Shown here: positions 1-10,408 of the stretch, piece after piece
Position numbering within the stretch: the stretch's first letter is position 1
Layout of the letters: each line of letters opens with the position of its first letter
Assembly (NCBI GenBank): GCA_003707115.1
Contig: PPNB01000016.1
Span: forward strand, 62,001 to 126,000
Origin: Tortispora ganteri
Lineage: Eukaryota
Reading direction: 5' to 3'
DNA: 64,000 bases
Notes under the pieces: generated by a model
What the model saw: the letters and a program-made list of their open reading frames with translations, nothing else
What the model was told of the DNA's origin: nothing
Databases searched by the model: none
Program-made: the position numbers and the translations under genes

Positions 1-340
1 TCAGTTTGGCTAGACTAGGGCGATTAGGAGTTAACCGATTATGGTAATCCAGAAGACCGCGAACGATCAAGGTTTGAACAGGATCGTCAGCAGAAAAGGC
101 ACCGATCTCTTCTTGCTGGACAATACCCGTTTTAAGCGCTAGATCGTACAGATTACGTGACTCTTTATCGTCAAATCCGTCCGATGGCGCATAAAATAGC
201 TCTGTTTTTGAGTTGACTGCACGATTACATCTGTCAGAGTAGAACCAGCATGTGTCGAAGAAGTTAAACAGTTTCAGAGTGATAAACACCAAAATTACCA
301 ACACTGGCAGTGATCGCAGCTTGCGATTTGTGCAAATCAT
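1..340 (-). CDS. GT90 (CAP10/CXT1-like) glycosyltransferase paralog, N-terminal part only; runs off the window
   Basis: Not in the ORF track. Manual translation from ATG at 340: MICTNRKLRSLPVLVILVFITLKLFNFF...RNLYDLALKTGIVQQEEIGAFSADDPVQTLIVRGLLDYHNRLTPNRPSLAKL. This aligns by eye with RRYDLALQKKLLTKEEIGSFASRDPIQELIVLGMLNYDSKL (20479-22452) and EYHLAIEKGLLTTEEIGPFHDHDPVQHLIVRGMLEYHEK (18307-20397). Type II membrane anchor at the N-terminus. Confidence 0.88.
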   Translation of the reverse strand, partial: MICTNRKLRSLPVLVILVFITLKLFNFFDTCWFYSDRCNRAVNSKTELFYAPSDGFDDKESRNLYDLALKTGIVQQEEIGAFSADDPVQTLIVRGLLDYHNRLTPNRPSLAKL

Positions 341-1424
341 CTTAAACAAATTTTTATTGTCCGTCAATTGCCATGATCGAAGCCAGTTCATCGCAAAGGA
401 TCTTGCAGATTCCTAGAATGAAATAAAGAACTAGGCGTTTCAACCAACCGCGTAAAAAGAAATCTACTCAATACTACGTTTTAGTTGTTATAGTAACGGT
501 TCCTGATTTAAGTACTTATTACAGTTTCTTGTGATAACAAAAGCTCGCAATGCTGCACATCCCACCCTGTTTGCAACAACCGCTAGATAAACCGCAATGT
601 TTAATGCTTCTATATAGATACTCATAGCCCATAATATTGTTGTAGGGACGGCGATTTGAGCGCTAGAAACTATGAGACTCGGCCGAATATGCATATATCG
701 CTTGGGAGTTGAAAAATAACTTTTTAAAGGACCAAATTGCGGGTGAGTGCCAATAGGCTACAGATAGGGAAAGGATCCCCGATTGTGTTTTGCATATCGA
801 ATTACGAGATATTCACATTTGGCCTCACCACATTGCCATTCATTGAATATATATGAATGATTCATTTACGCTATTACAATAGATTGTTTTTTAGTTATTT
901 TAAAGTCCTCATTATGACTTTTTGAACACATTGTGGTAGTGTTCGCAGTCACACGATAAGCTTTCCAAACAACGAGTTATCGCATTAGGATTGTCAAAGA
1001 TTAGAAATAAACCAATTAAAACCCGTTTTGCGACCTGTAAGTTGTATTTATCCCAAATCGGTAAAGTTTCCTTTTTACCACCCGTCGGCGCTCACTTTTT
1101 CCCTTCAGTTGCAGATACGGGCATCTCCGTTAGACTTGCAATATAAACTTCAGTTGAAAAGTTCCCTCTCCGACTAAGAGCGAATTTTCTCTTCTATTTA
1201 CTATCTATTACTTGCCGCTTCGCCTGCTTGAGGGAAATACTTGGCACTTTTCTAAAGTTGAATCTCAGATTTTTTTTTTCCTTCATTAACTAGATTTTCG
1301 CCTATCTTAAGCTTGCATTCGCAGTATCTTGTTACTTTCTTTTCATGATATCAGCTATCGTATCTATCTAACTTGCTCGATCTATACCGCTTATATTGCT
1401 GCTTTATTTATCTGACACTATTCG

Positions 1425-3164
1425 ATGCCTCATCATACAGAAGTACCCACTACTAAAAGAGCTATTCAGATTGCTTGCGCCGTCATATACTGCGTCCTCG
1501 CTGGTGGTATCGTCTTCGGCTTTGCCGCTTTGAAACCTGTACTTATAGCCGAAGGAGTTTATCACTCCGAATGTACTCCACAAGAAATTGAGGACCAGGT
1601 CCCTGTTTGTGCCGAGCAGGAAATTCGCCTTAACATCATCTTCACCTGCGCAGCAGTTCTCACCAATGTCGGCGCTCTTTTCGTCGGCAGAATCCTTGAT
1701 ACATATGGCCCGAGAGCTTCTGGTATTATTGGCGCTTTTCTTCTAGCCATAGGCTCTTTATTCATGGCTTTTGCTTTCCAAATAACAATCATTGATGCCT
1801 ACCTCGTTGGCTACCTATGCCTCGCTCTCGGTGGCCCATTTGTCTATATCTCCTCTTTCCAGCTATCTAACTCTTTCCCGCACATGTCAGGCACTGTGTT
1901 AGCAATGATTACCGGTGCCTTTGACGCTTCATCCGCCGTATTCTTTGTCTATAGACTCATTTACGAAGGCACTAATGGCTCCTTCTATCCAACAAAATTC
2001 TTCCTTTGCTACCTAATCGTCCCTGCCTTCATCCTGATAGTACAACTCTTCGTCTTGCCTAAAGATTCTTACAAGACCGGCCCCTCTCCTGCTGCAGCTG
2101 CCTCTGCTGTCACTGAAACTGAAGCAGCTAACGAAATTGGTGACAGACCGACCCACCCGCACAACATTCCAGTTGCTAATATCTCCAAGGAAGAAATCAA
2201 CTGGAACGCCGGTTTTGCTGCTATTTCTAAGTCCCCTTCTAATGCTGTCGTTCATGCCATCAATATGGACATTGAACCTGTCGACGAGTGCGGCGAATAT
2301 GACGTCGCTACCGATATCGAAGACGAACCTCAAGCTTCTGCTAGCGAAACTACCGGTCTTTTACGCGAGAATCGCCAATCTGTTACGTTTGGTTCCACTA
2401 CTAACTTCTCTGATAACGCTTCCACGCACCATCGTCGTCAAAGCACTATGCAACGACGCCACTCTGTTGTCTTGGAACGGAAGATCCATTCTTCAGGAGT
2501 CTGGGGTATTATGCACAACATGCCTATTAAGAAGCAGATCTTGAGCGCTTGGTTTTTCCTCATCATGTTCTTCACAACTCTGCAGATGTTGCGTATCAAT
2601 TATTTTGTGGCTTCCATTAGAACTCAGTACACTTTCTTATTTGATAGCTTCACTAAAGCTGCTAGCCTTAATGGCTACTTCGATATCGCCCTACCTGTTG
2701 GAGGACTCATTGCTGTACCTTTTATAGGTCTGGTATTAGACAACTTTAGTACTTTTACTGCTATCAGTGCACTTGTACTAACTGCCACAGTTATTGGAGT
2801 ACTGGGCATCTTGCGAAACCCAATCGCGGCCTATGCTGGTGTCACGATGTTTGTTGCTTACAGACCTTTCTACTATACGACTATGTCGGATACTACCGCT
2901 AAAGTCTTCGGGTTTGAAACTTTCGGCACTATCTATGGTCTTATTTTCAGCTTTGCTGGTCTATTCAACTTTGTTCAAACTGGACTCGACAGACTCACTT
3001 TGAACGTATTTAATCACGACCCGCGTCCTGTTAACTGTGCTCTCATGGGACTTGTTATTCTATTTGGTGGTGCCCTTATGATCCATATTAAGGCTCAAAG
3101 CGTGAAACTCCGTCGGTCTATTCTTGAAAGAGAAGCTGGATCAACCCCTGCAAGACATTTGTAG
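1425..3164 (+). CDS. FMP42: MFS transporter, FMP42/SLC43 (LAT3)-like
   Basis: 579 aa with about 12 hydrophobic segments and a large central loop. Motifs GIVFGFAALKPVL, GRILDTYGPR, ITGAFDASS and QMLRINYF are typical of Fmp42. Confidence 0.85.
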   Translation: MPHHTEVPTTKRAIQIACAVIYCVLAGGIVFGFAALKPVLIAEGVYHSECTPQEIEDQVPVCAEQEIRLNIIFTCAAVLTNVGALFVGRILDTYGPRASGIIGAFLLAIGSLFMAFAFQITIIDAYLVGYLCLALGGPFVYISSFQLSNSFPHMSGTVLAMITGAFDASSAVFFVYRLIYEGTNGSFYPTKFFLCYLIVPAFILIVQLFVLPKDSYKTGPSPAAAASAVTETEAANEIGDRPTHPHNIPVANISKEEINWNAGFAAISKSPSNAVVHAINMDIEPVDECGEYDVATDIEDEPQASASETTGLLRENRQSVTFGSTTNFSDNASTHHRRQSTMQRRHSVVLERKIHSSGVWGIMHNMPIKKQILSAWFFLIMFFTTLQMLRINYFVASIRTQYTFLFDSFTKAASLNGYFDIALPVGGLIAVPFIGLVLDNFSTFTAISALVLTATVIGVLGILRNPIAAYAGVTMFVAYRPFYYTTMSDTTAKVFGFETFGTIYGLIFSFAGLFNFVQTGLDRLTLNVFNHDPRPVNCALMGLVILFGGALMIHIKAQSVKLRRSILEREAGSTPARHL

Positions 3165-3544
3165 TTTGATTCTAAAGAGCTACACTTTTCCTTATCTGTA
3201 AATTTTATATCCATGAATTCTGCCGATACTTAGTAGCATTACCTAAATTAAACAATAAGGTATGTTGTACATATATCTCGTAGACTACGGGAAAAATTAT
3301 CACACACACCAAAATCATTGTAAAAAACAAATTTGTGAGGGAAATATGAATGGGTAAGAACAAACCAAAATAAACCAATCAGCAGTGAAAACTTATTCAA
3401 GTACCAAAAAAAAAACATTTGATAAAAAGAGATATTATGGCAAACATGATATTAGCAATCGTAAACACAACGCCAACTAACAGATTCCATATAGTGGTGC
3501 TCTTATTTCAGTATATAACTCTGGCGATAACCACAATAACTCCT

Positions 3545-4932
3545 TTATTCAGCACCAGAACGAGTTCTCTCCACAAATTCCTCTTGTGTTAAATATTCTT
3601 CATCCCATTGCTCAATACTGGGCTTTTGCCCGTCAACAAATGGAGAAATAGACAGTATCTGCTGCTCTTGTTCTTCTGGAGTTTCGCCGTCAATAGTCTT
3701 CGCCAAAATAAAAGGGACAGCGCCTTCAGCGTTAGAAGGATTCCGTTTAAAGTAACGAGAAGTAATCTCAATGCCTTGCTCATCACGCTCCTTGGCTTCT
3801 TTGCGCTGCTGCTCTTCAATCTTGTACTTCTCATCGGTAGCTGTTGTATGGTCACGATTAGCGAGAGCATCAGTGACGTGTTTCCAAAGCCTTCGCGATT
3901 CTCTTGGATGCTGCTCTTTTATGGGTCTTACCTTTGGGAAAACAGGCTGCTCAGTAAAAGTGTCAAACAGAACATTAGTCTGATTTGTGCGAAGATCCTT
4001 GTAAGTCATAACTTCATTCCATTTGCCAGAAATTTCGAAGTATGCCATACCAGTCGCCTTGTTGTAAATTCTACCCTCAATAGCATTGTAGGTTCCCGAA
4101 ATGAATCCCTTTGTCTTAAATTCAATATCTCCCACTAGATTGGAGTTGGCCTTGGTTATGAACGAATGGTCACCTAGCTCATACTTCAACTTGCCAAAAA
4201 GTATTCCACGGGCATAGACGTTGGGCTGGGTTAGATCATACGATTCAGGGTGCCCATCGGCATCCAGGCGATCGGTGAATGAAAGGGTGGCAATACCTTC
4301 CATAAGTGAAGCTGCTGAGTTACCTAAGAACCTCGATTTGGGGAGTAGAACACCATCCACGCGAATATGATTAGAAGGGTTACAGTAGAAGTAAGCCGAC
4401 ATAGGTGGATGGTGCGAAGTTTGCTCCGCAAGGTAATATGATCTAGTTCCATCAGGCATATCCCAGTAGCAAGTGAAGAATTCGTTGAGAATAGGATTGA
4501 GAGGCTTCTTCACAGCCTTAGGCGCGATGTGCCAACCTGATAAGTACCATTTTACTACCTTAAGCATTCTAAATAGTTCATCATTTTCGGCATGCGCATC
4601 TAATAGTAATTGCGGATGACAGAGCTGATTAGTAATTCGCTCTAGCATAGACTTGCGTTCTAAGATAAAGGTGGGCAGAGTTATCCTCGAGAGGTCTGAG
4701 CCAGGACGAAGCTGAGTGATAATTCCCATCAAGATATTGTGTTGTTCATCGCCTTCCTCATCTATATCATCCACATTGGCTTTAGCATCTGAAGGGTCGG
4801 TGCTGGCCGGAACGACAGACGTTGGTTCGGGAGATCCTGTGATATGCTTCAAACCTTCTACGAGATGTTAGTCAAAATGATTAATGATTTCAAGGCGAAT
4901 AACGGTTACTTACTTCTCAAAAACTGTGACAT
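3545..4932 (-). CDS. OSH7: Oxysterol-binding protein homolog, OSH6/OSH7 type; 2 exons (4932-4914, 4857-3545)
   Basis: EQTSHHPP OSBP signature, DLSRITLPTFILERKSMLERI and KKPLNPILNEFF. A 56-nt intron 4858-4913 (GTAAGT...GACTAAC...TAG) joins MSQFLRK to GLKHIT in frame. Confidence 0.9.
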
Positions 4933-5233
4933 TGTATTAAATTCAGTGTTATACCTTATCTGAAAAAATTATAACAATGGGGATGAAATTGGCGAAGCGT
5001 GTGATGTATGTGCCCTGCAAAATAATAAAGGGGGCTAAATTGGCGGGTGGGAAAGTAAAAAGGCGGGCGGCGATGGGAGAACCAATACCTGTGCGGGTGG
5101 AAGAGGCCAGCCAATAAGGGTTAACTTTCCGATCCGATCACGATGTGCGGCAGAAAAGAGAGATTAATTTGGCCTTGACAAATCGATCTGGCGACTAAAA
5201 TATTGCAATTGCGTAGAATTCATTGGTATGCAT

Positions 5234-6415
5234 TTATGCAGCTAAGTCAAATAGTAGACAAACATGGTCATCGGACGCAGTGGCAACTTTTCCATCTAAG
5301 AGCACTGCGAAGTCAAATATTCCAGCAGTGTGTCCAGTTCCCTGGAACGTAGATAGACCGGTTCTGGCATCGTATATAGTAAGTATACCGTCCATATTTG
5401 ACACGGCAATCATAGGTGTTGTTCCTAAAAACTGAACCTTTGTTACAGCTTCGATGCCTGCGTTTATAGATTTGCGGAGGCGCCACATAGTGGAATCAAA
5501 TATGAAGACATTGCCAGATACAGAGCCTGCAGCTAAAAGCGGTTGTGATAAGCACCAAGAAAGCGATTCAATAGATGTGTCATCAGGGTTTTGGCCTGGT
5601 TTTGCAGTTTCTATAACATTGAGAACACGTCCTTGCAAACTGAATATCACAATCTTACCGTCGCGTGACCCAGCAGCGCCGATCGACATTTGAGGGTTAA
5701 TCGCGAGAGTGACAATCGACGTCATCTGGCCAGCACGGATATCTGTTCCTGATAGTTTCCAAATTTTTGTCGAAGTAGCTACTGCCCAACAGATAACTGT
5801 TCCGTCTTCTGATGACGAAATGAGCGTTAGATCAGAGCCGGGGAGAAATACTCCAAATGTGGTAGCCATAGTGTGTTCATACAATGTACCTGTTAGCGAC
5901 AGTCCTTCAGCGTCATAATAATACACAGATATTGAACCGTCATTAGTTCCGATCGCAATGTAAGGTTCTGAAGGGTGAAACGTCACCCAGACAATTTCTT
6001 CTAAATCTTCTGAATGAATTAGGTGCCAATCAGAGGTGCTCCACAGAAATGCCTTGCCATTCATGTCAGCGGTGATCAGGAAAGAACCGTCGGGTGAAAA
6101 CCCGCCACTGATCACGCTTTCAGTATGGCCATTAAGTGTAGCTACAAGAGGACAGTCTCTGTTGTCATCCGGTTCAGCGCTCCAGACGTAGGCGATATCG
6201 TCACCGCCTCCAGTGACGACTAAATTGTTAGTCTTATTCGCATCAATAAAAAAGACCGAATCTTTGTGATGGTCGAAACCACCAATCGCGTTAATAGGAA
6301 TGTCATCTTCATCGTCAATATCGCCACCTTCATCAGTTCCAGTCTCGATTACTTCGACGACCTCATCGACTTCACCATCATTCAAAAATTTCTCTTGCGG
6401 GCCTTCGTCTTCCAT
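5234..6415 (-). CDS. SQT1: WD40 protein, uL16/Rpl10 chaperone Sqt1
   Basis: Acidic N-terminus followed by WD repeats (FDHHKDSVF, VTGGGDDIAYVW, GHTESV...TADMNGK). Confidence 0.85.
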   Translation of the reverse strand: MEDEGPQEKFLNDGEVDEVVEVIETGTDEGGDIDDEDDIPINAIGGFDHHKDSVFFIDANKTNNLVVTGGGDDIAYVWSAEPDDNRDCPLVATLNGHTESVISGGFSPDGSFLITADMNGKAFLWSTSDWHLIHSEDLEEIVWVTFHPSEPYIAIGTNDGSISVYYYDAEGLSLTGTLYEHTMATTFGVFLPGSDLTLISSSEDGTVICWAVATSTKIWKLSGTDIRAGQMTSIVTLAINPQMSIGAAGSRDGKIVIFSLQGRVLNVIETAKPGQNPDDTSIESLSWCLSQPLLAAGSVSGNVFIFDSTMWRLRKSINAGIEAVTKVQFLGTTPMIAVSNMDGILTIYDARTGLSTFQGTGHTAGIFDFAVLLDGKVATASDDHVCLLFDLAA

Positions 6416-6861
6416 CGCAGAGTAACGCTTACTAACGAAGGCAAACTCTGTATTGAAATATTCTTACTCAGGCAACGATTAGGGTTTTTTCGCTAAGCTT
6501 GGTTTTTTTTAATGAATTCGGTATATCCATTCCTGCAATCTCTACACCTGGAAATTATGGTCAAGCTTTCTCTGTAGTGAGCCTACTGCTGTGATATATT
6601 TATAGTACAATCTACCGTACTTATCATATATATTTGCTCTAGTATCCTTGGCTGTCCAAAAGGATTCTCAGTAGAAATAGTTACTAGTACCTAAATGGCG
6701 ATTAACCGTCTATGATTGGTTGAGAACTCCCAAAAAACTTATTGCTTCGCAAACTGCCAACACCTCAAACACCCATAACCCCCTTGGATTTCGTTATTAA
6801 TCCCTGTCTTTCGATAGCGCGTCGCTTTTCTCAACGGTCGTTTTACTTTAATTTCCTCCAG

Positions 6862-9800
6862 ATGTTTTTGACATCGTATATACGAAAAATACTTGTATCA
6901 GTGGCTAGAAGCGCATCGGTGCGCCCTATAGAGACTTTAGTGCTGGTGTGTTTAATTACTTCGACAGCGTACTTAGCCCTCCTGAATGTCATTCTACCTA
7001 TAGAGAGCCAAACAGGTATTTACAATACCGTGCATTTGCTCCATAACCCCAGTGCTCCTTCTTTTGAAGTTGTGCACGATGTATCTAAAGTTGCTGCTCC
7101 ACATAAGTATGTCCTTTACGATTTGGACTTCTCGAGCAACTCAAATACTCCACCGCCTCCTCCAAACATCACCGTCGCAGCAGCTGACGTTGGCTCTGTT
7201 ATTGAAAGAAGGTCTACCGGATACGACGTCCTGGTACCAAAGAAGTTTGCTGCTCAGTGGCTAAGTAGCTGCTCAACTATACCCGACCCTCTTTCTAATC
7301 GTGTCTGGAATACAGACTCCTCAAAGCCGATACCGGCTATCTCCCTATTCGGTAGGCAGCTACGCAGATCAGCTGGTGAGTTTGCCGGCCTACTTAAATC
7401 AGCAGACTCTTTTGACATCATTGTAATGGCTCTTGTCTACGTGGCTATGCATATCACATTCATCCAGCTTTTCTTAGCTATGCGAAAACTCGGCTCGAGG
7501 CTTTGGCTTGCAATATCAGCTTTGATCTGTGGTTCATTCGCATTCACATGTGCCACAGTCACTACAATTTACTTCCATGTCCCCATGTCTATCGTTCTTC
7601 TATCTGAGGGCCTCCCTTTCTTGGTAGTCACTGTTGGCTTTCAAAGACAGATATTGTTAACCAAGGCTGTGCTCTCACGCGCAAATGCCAACCAGGACCT
7701 GTCAAGTATTCATATTATTCTTGATGCTGTAAGTGAAGTTGGACCAAGAATATTTTATGATTATGTCCTGGAAATTGTATTATTGGTCCTTGGCTCTAAT
7801 TCCGGTATTGGTGGACTTACTTCCTTCTGTTTCTTGTCGGCTTGGATCTTGGCATATGACTGTCTCTTTTTGTTCACTGCATTTACTGCCACTTTGATCA
7901 TCAAACTGGAAATAAACCGCATTAAGAGATATAACCAAATTGCTAAAGCTTTAGAAGAGGATGGTGTTTCGTCCGATGTTGCTGAACGCGTTGCGCGCTC
8001 AGCTGGAAAACGTGCTCGCTCGTCCTCTCGCTCTAGGCCTAACTCGGGCAATACGGAGACAAAATTAAATATTACAGATAAAGTGGAAACTTCTTTCATT
8101 TCATTCCTTGGAGCTCCTGGGGCCAGTGGCATCTTCAATTTCAAATTGTTGATGTTACTCGGCTTCATAGCGCTGAATGTTTTCAATTTCTGGACTGTCC
8201 CCGTTGATGACATGGTTTCCTCTCCTTCTACTACTTCAAGCGGTCTAACTTCTTCACTTCTTGAATTACCAAAATTGAAGGATCCCGCGTATATCGCTAG
8301 ATTGCTGTCTGTCATTCCGCAAGACTTTCCTGTTTTAATATCTGTTCCGCCAACTATTCACTATGATCTTCTTTCTTCATTTTTTCAGTATGAAAAACTG
8401 CTGGAAATTGTTTCCGAAAGCTGGTCATTGACGCTCGGAAACCCATTAATGACAAAATGGTTTGCAATTGCTTTATGTTTCAGCACCGGCTTAAACATGT
8501 ATTTGTTCAACAGTATTCGATCAAGCTCTTTTGGTGGCATATTCAGACCATCCAGCGCTTTACCTAAAAGTGAAGTTCTGACGAAAGTTTCATCTGAACC
8601 CACGAAAACTGCACAGAAAATATCACCTATTTCAGGACGCCCAGTGTCCTTTACAGCTTCTGATAGTTCGAGTACCTCTTCAGAAGATGACGAAGATGGC
8701 ACAGTCGAGTCTACACGCTCTGTGGAGGAATGTACTCAAATTTTGAAATCTGGTTTAGCTTCGCAACTGAATAACGCAGAAGCTGTTTTATTGGTTAAAG
8801 AAGGCGTTCTCCCATTATACGCCCTCGAGAAGCAACTTGGTGATATGACCCGCGCAGTTGCCGTCAGACGACGTTGTATCGAAATGGATAATGGCCTTCC
8901 GATATCTTCTTCTAAGCTACCGTACATGCACTATGATTATAAACGCGTTTTCGGTGCTTGTTGTGAGAACGTTGTGGGATATATGCCGATTCCGGTTGGT
9001 ATTGCCGGCCCTATTATCATTGACGGTAAAAAATATCCCATTCCTATGGCTACAACGGAAGGATGTCTCGTTGCATCTGCTATGCGGGGTTGCAAAGCTA
9101 TCAATGCTGGTGGTGGTGTTACTACCCGAATTTTAGGCGACGGCATGACCCGTGGTCCGTGTGTGGCGTTCCCGTCGATGGCTCGAGCTGCAGATGCTAA
9201 GATATGGCTTGATTCGGAAGAAGGATTCAAGCTAGTCAAGAAAGCTTTTGATTCCACTTCTCGTTTTGCGCGCTTACAATCTATCAAGACTGCTATAGCT
9301 GGTCATGAATTGTTTATTCGTTTCCGAACCACTACTGGAGATGCTATGGGAATGAATATGATATCTAAGGGTGTGGAACATGCCCTGAATTTGATGGTGA
9401 AAGAATTTGGATTTGATGATATGACGGTAGTTAGTGTTTCAGGCAACTACTGTACAGACAAGAAGGCAGCTGCAATTAACTGGATTGAGGGGCGTGGTAA
9501 GCACGTTGTAGCTGAAGCAATTGTACCAGGTGATATTGTACGGAAAGTTCTGAAGTCAGATGTTGATGCGCTTGTTCATTTAGGAATCAGCAAAAACTTA
9601 GTGGGTAGTGCCATGGCTGGAACCATTGGTGGCTGCAATGCGCATGCTTCGAACTTACTTACCGCTATTTATTTAGCAACAGGCCAAGACCCTGCGCAGA
9701 ATATCGAGAGCAGCAATTGCATTACTTTAATGAACAACTTGAACGGTGATTTGCAGATATCAGTTTCTATGCCCTCAATTGAAGTAGGTACTATTGGTGG

Positions 9801-10095
9801 AGGAACTGTTTTAGAGCCTCAAGGTGCTATGCTTGATCTTCTTGGAGTTCGTGGGCCGCATGCTACTGATCCCGGTGCAAATGCGCGCACGCTGGCGAAG
9901 ATCATTGCCTCTGGAGTGCTTGCCGGAGAGCTGTCTCTTTGTTCAGCACTAGCTGCCGGTCATCTGGTGAAAAGTCATATGATCCACAACCGCTCAAGTA
10001 ATACTGCCTCTAAACCTGCGGCAGTCGTCGAGCCAACACCTGCGGTAGCAGTTACCCCAGACTATAACTGCAAGCTGTATAAGAACGGTACCTAA
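6862..10095 (+). CDS. HMG1: HMG-CoA reductase, class I, with membrane/sterol-sensing domain
   Basis: CENVVGY, PMATTEGCLVAS, TGDAMGMNM, SGNYCTDKK and ELSLCSALAAGHLVKSHM. First ATG is at 6862; the ORF track start at 6742 is TTG. Confidence 0.97.
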   Translation: MFLTSYIRKILVSVARSASVRPIETLVLVCLITSTAYLALLNVILPIESQTGIYNTVHLLHNPSAPSFEVVHDVSKVAAPHKYVLYDLDFSSNSNTPPPPPNITVAAADVGSVIERRSTGYDVLVPKKFAAQWLSSCSTIPDPLSNRVWNTDSSKPIPAISLFGRQLRRSAGEFAGLLKSADSFDIIVMALVYVAMHITFIQLFLAMRKLGSRLWLAISALICGSFAFTCATVTTIYFHVPMSIVLLSEGLPFLVVTVGFQRQILLTKAVLSRANANQDLSSIHIILDAVSEVGPRIFYDYVLEIVLLVLGSNSGIGGLTSFCFLSAWILAYDCLFLFTAFTATLIIKLEINRIKRYNQIAKALEEDGVSSDVAERVARSAGKRARSSSRSRPNSGNTETKLNITDKVETSFISFLGAPGASGIFNFKLLMLLGFIALNVFNFWTVPVDDMVSSPSTTSSGLTSSLLELPKLKDPAYIARLLSVIPQDFPVLISVPPTIHYDLLSSFFQYEKLLEIVSESWSLTLGNPLMTKWFAIALCFSTGLNMYLFNSIRSSSFGGIFRPSSALPKSEVLTKVSSEPTKTAQKISPISGRPVSFTASDSSSTSSEDDEDGTVESTRSVEECTQILKSGLASQLNNAEAVLLVKEGVLPLYALEKQLGDMTRAVAVRRRCIEMDNGLPISSSKLPYMHYDYKRVFGACCENVVGYMPIPVGIAGPIIIDGKKYPIPMATTEGCLVASAMRGCKAINAGGGVTTRILGDGMTRGPCVAFPSMARAADAKIWLDSEEGFKLVKKAFDSTSRFARLQSIKTAIAGHELFIRFRTTTGDAMGMNMISKGVEHALNLMVKEFGFDDMTVVSVSGNYCTDKKAAAINWIEGRGKHVVAEAIVPGDIVRKVLKSDVDALVHLGISKNLVGSAMAGTIGGCNAHASNLLTAIYLATGQDPAQNIESSNCITLMNNLNGDLQISVSMPSIEVGTIGGGTVLEPQGAMLDLLGVRGPHATDPGANARTLAKIIASGVLAGELSLCSALAAGHLVKSHMIHNRSSNTASKPAAVVEPTPAVAVTPDYNCKLYKNGT

Positions 10096-10408
10096 GACAT
10101 ACATCAATATGTTTATTGTTTAATGATGACATTGTGCAAATTCGGCAATGAGCTCCGATCTGTGCGCGCTATGTCTTATCTGTCTCGAACAAAAAGAATA
10201 ATATGCTCTCTTTACGACTTAACTAACTTGTACACAATATTCGGTTAATAGGCGGACGAAACGATATACTGTTACTAATTGGCTATAAAACCCCTAACCC
10301 AAAGCGGCTTAAAACCTTTTTAGACTGTAGAGATTGGCTTTCTGCTACTTTATGCCGAGCGCCCCTTTCGAACGGCGCTATCGAGTAATTTAACTGATCT
10401 AATCAGAG

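Noticed and set aside
488..694. 68-aa hydrophobic minus-strand ORF upstream of the edge GT90 gene
   Set aside because: No family resemblance and no splice link to the ATG at 340; cannot be supported as a gene.
1037..1400. GTAAGT at 1037 and CTAAC/TTAAC motifs upstream of FMP42, a possible 5' UTR intron
   Set aside because: Branch point and acceptor cannot be paired unambiguously, and there is no coding constraint to test it.
6742..6861. TTG/GTG-initiated N-terminal extensions in the ORF track (HMG1, URA4, G-alpha, UPF2, GT90 and others)
   Set aside because: This is a eukaryotic genome; the first in-frame ATG or a spliced upstream exon gives the expected N-terminus.
10122..10200. AATGATGA (box C-like) just downstream of HMG1, suggesting a C/D snoRNA
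   Set aside because: No CTGA box D at a suitable distance, no terminal stem, and no rRNA-complementary guide recognised.
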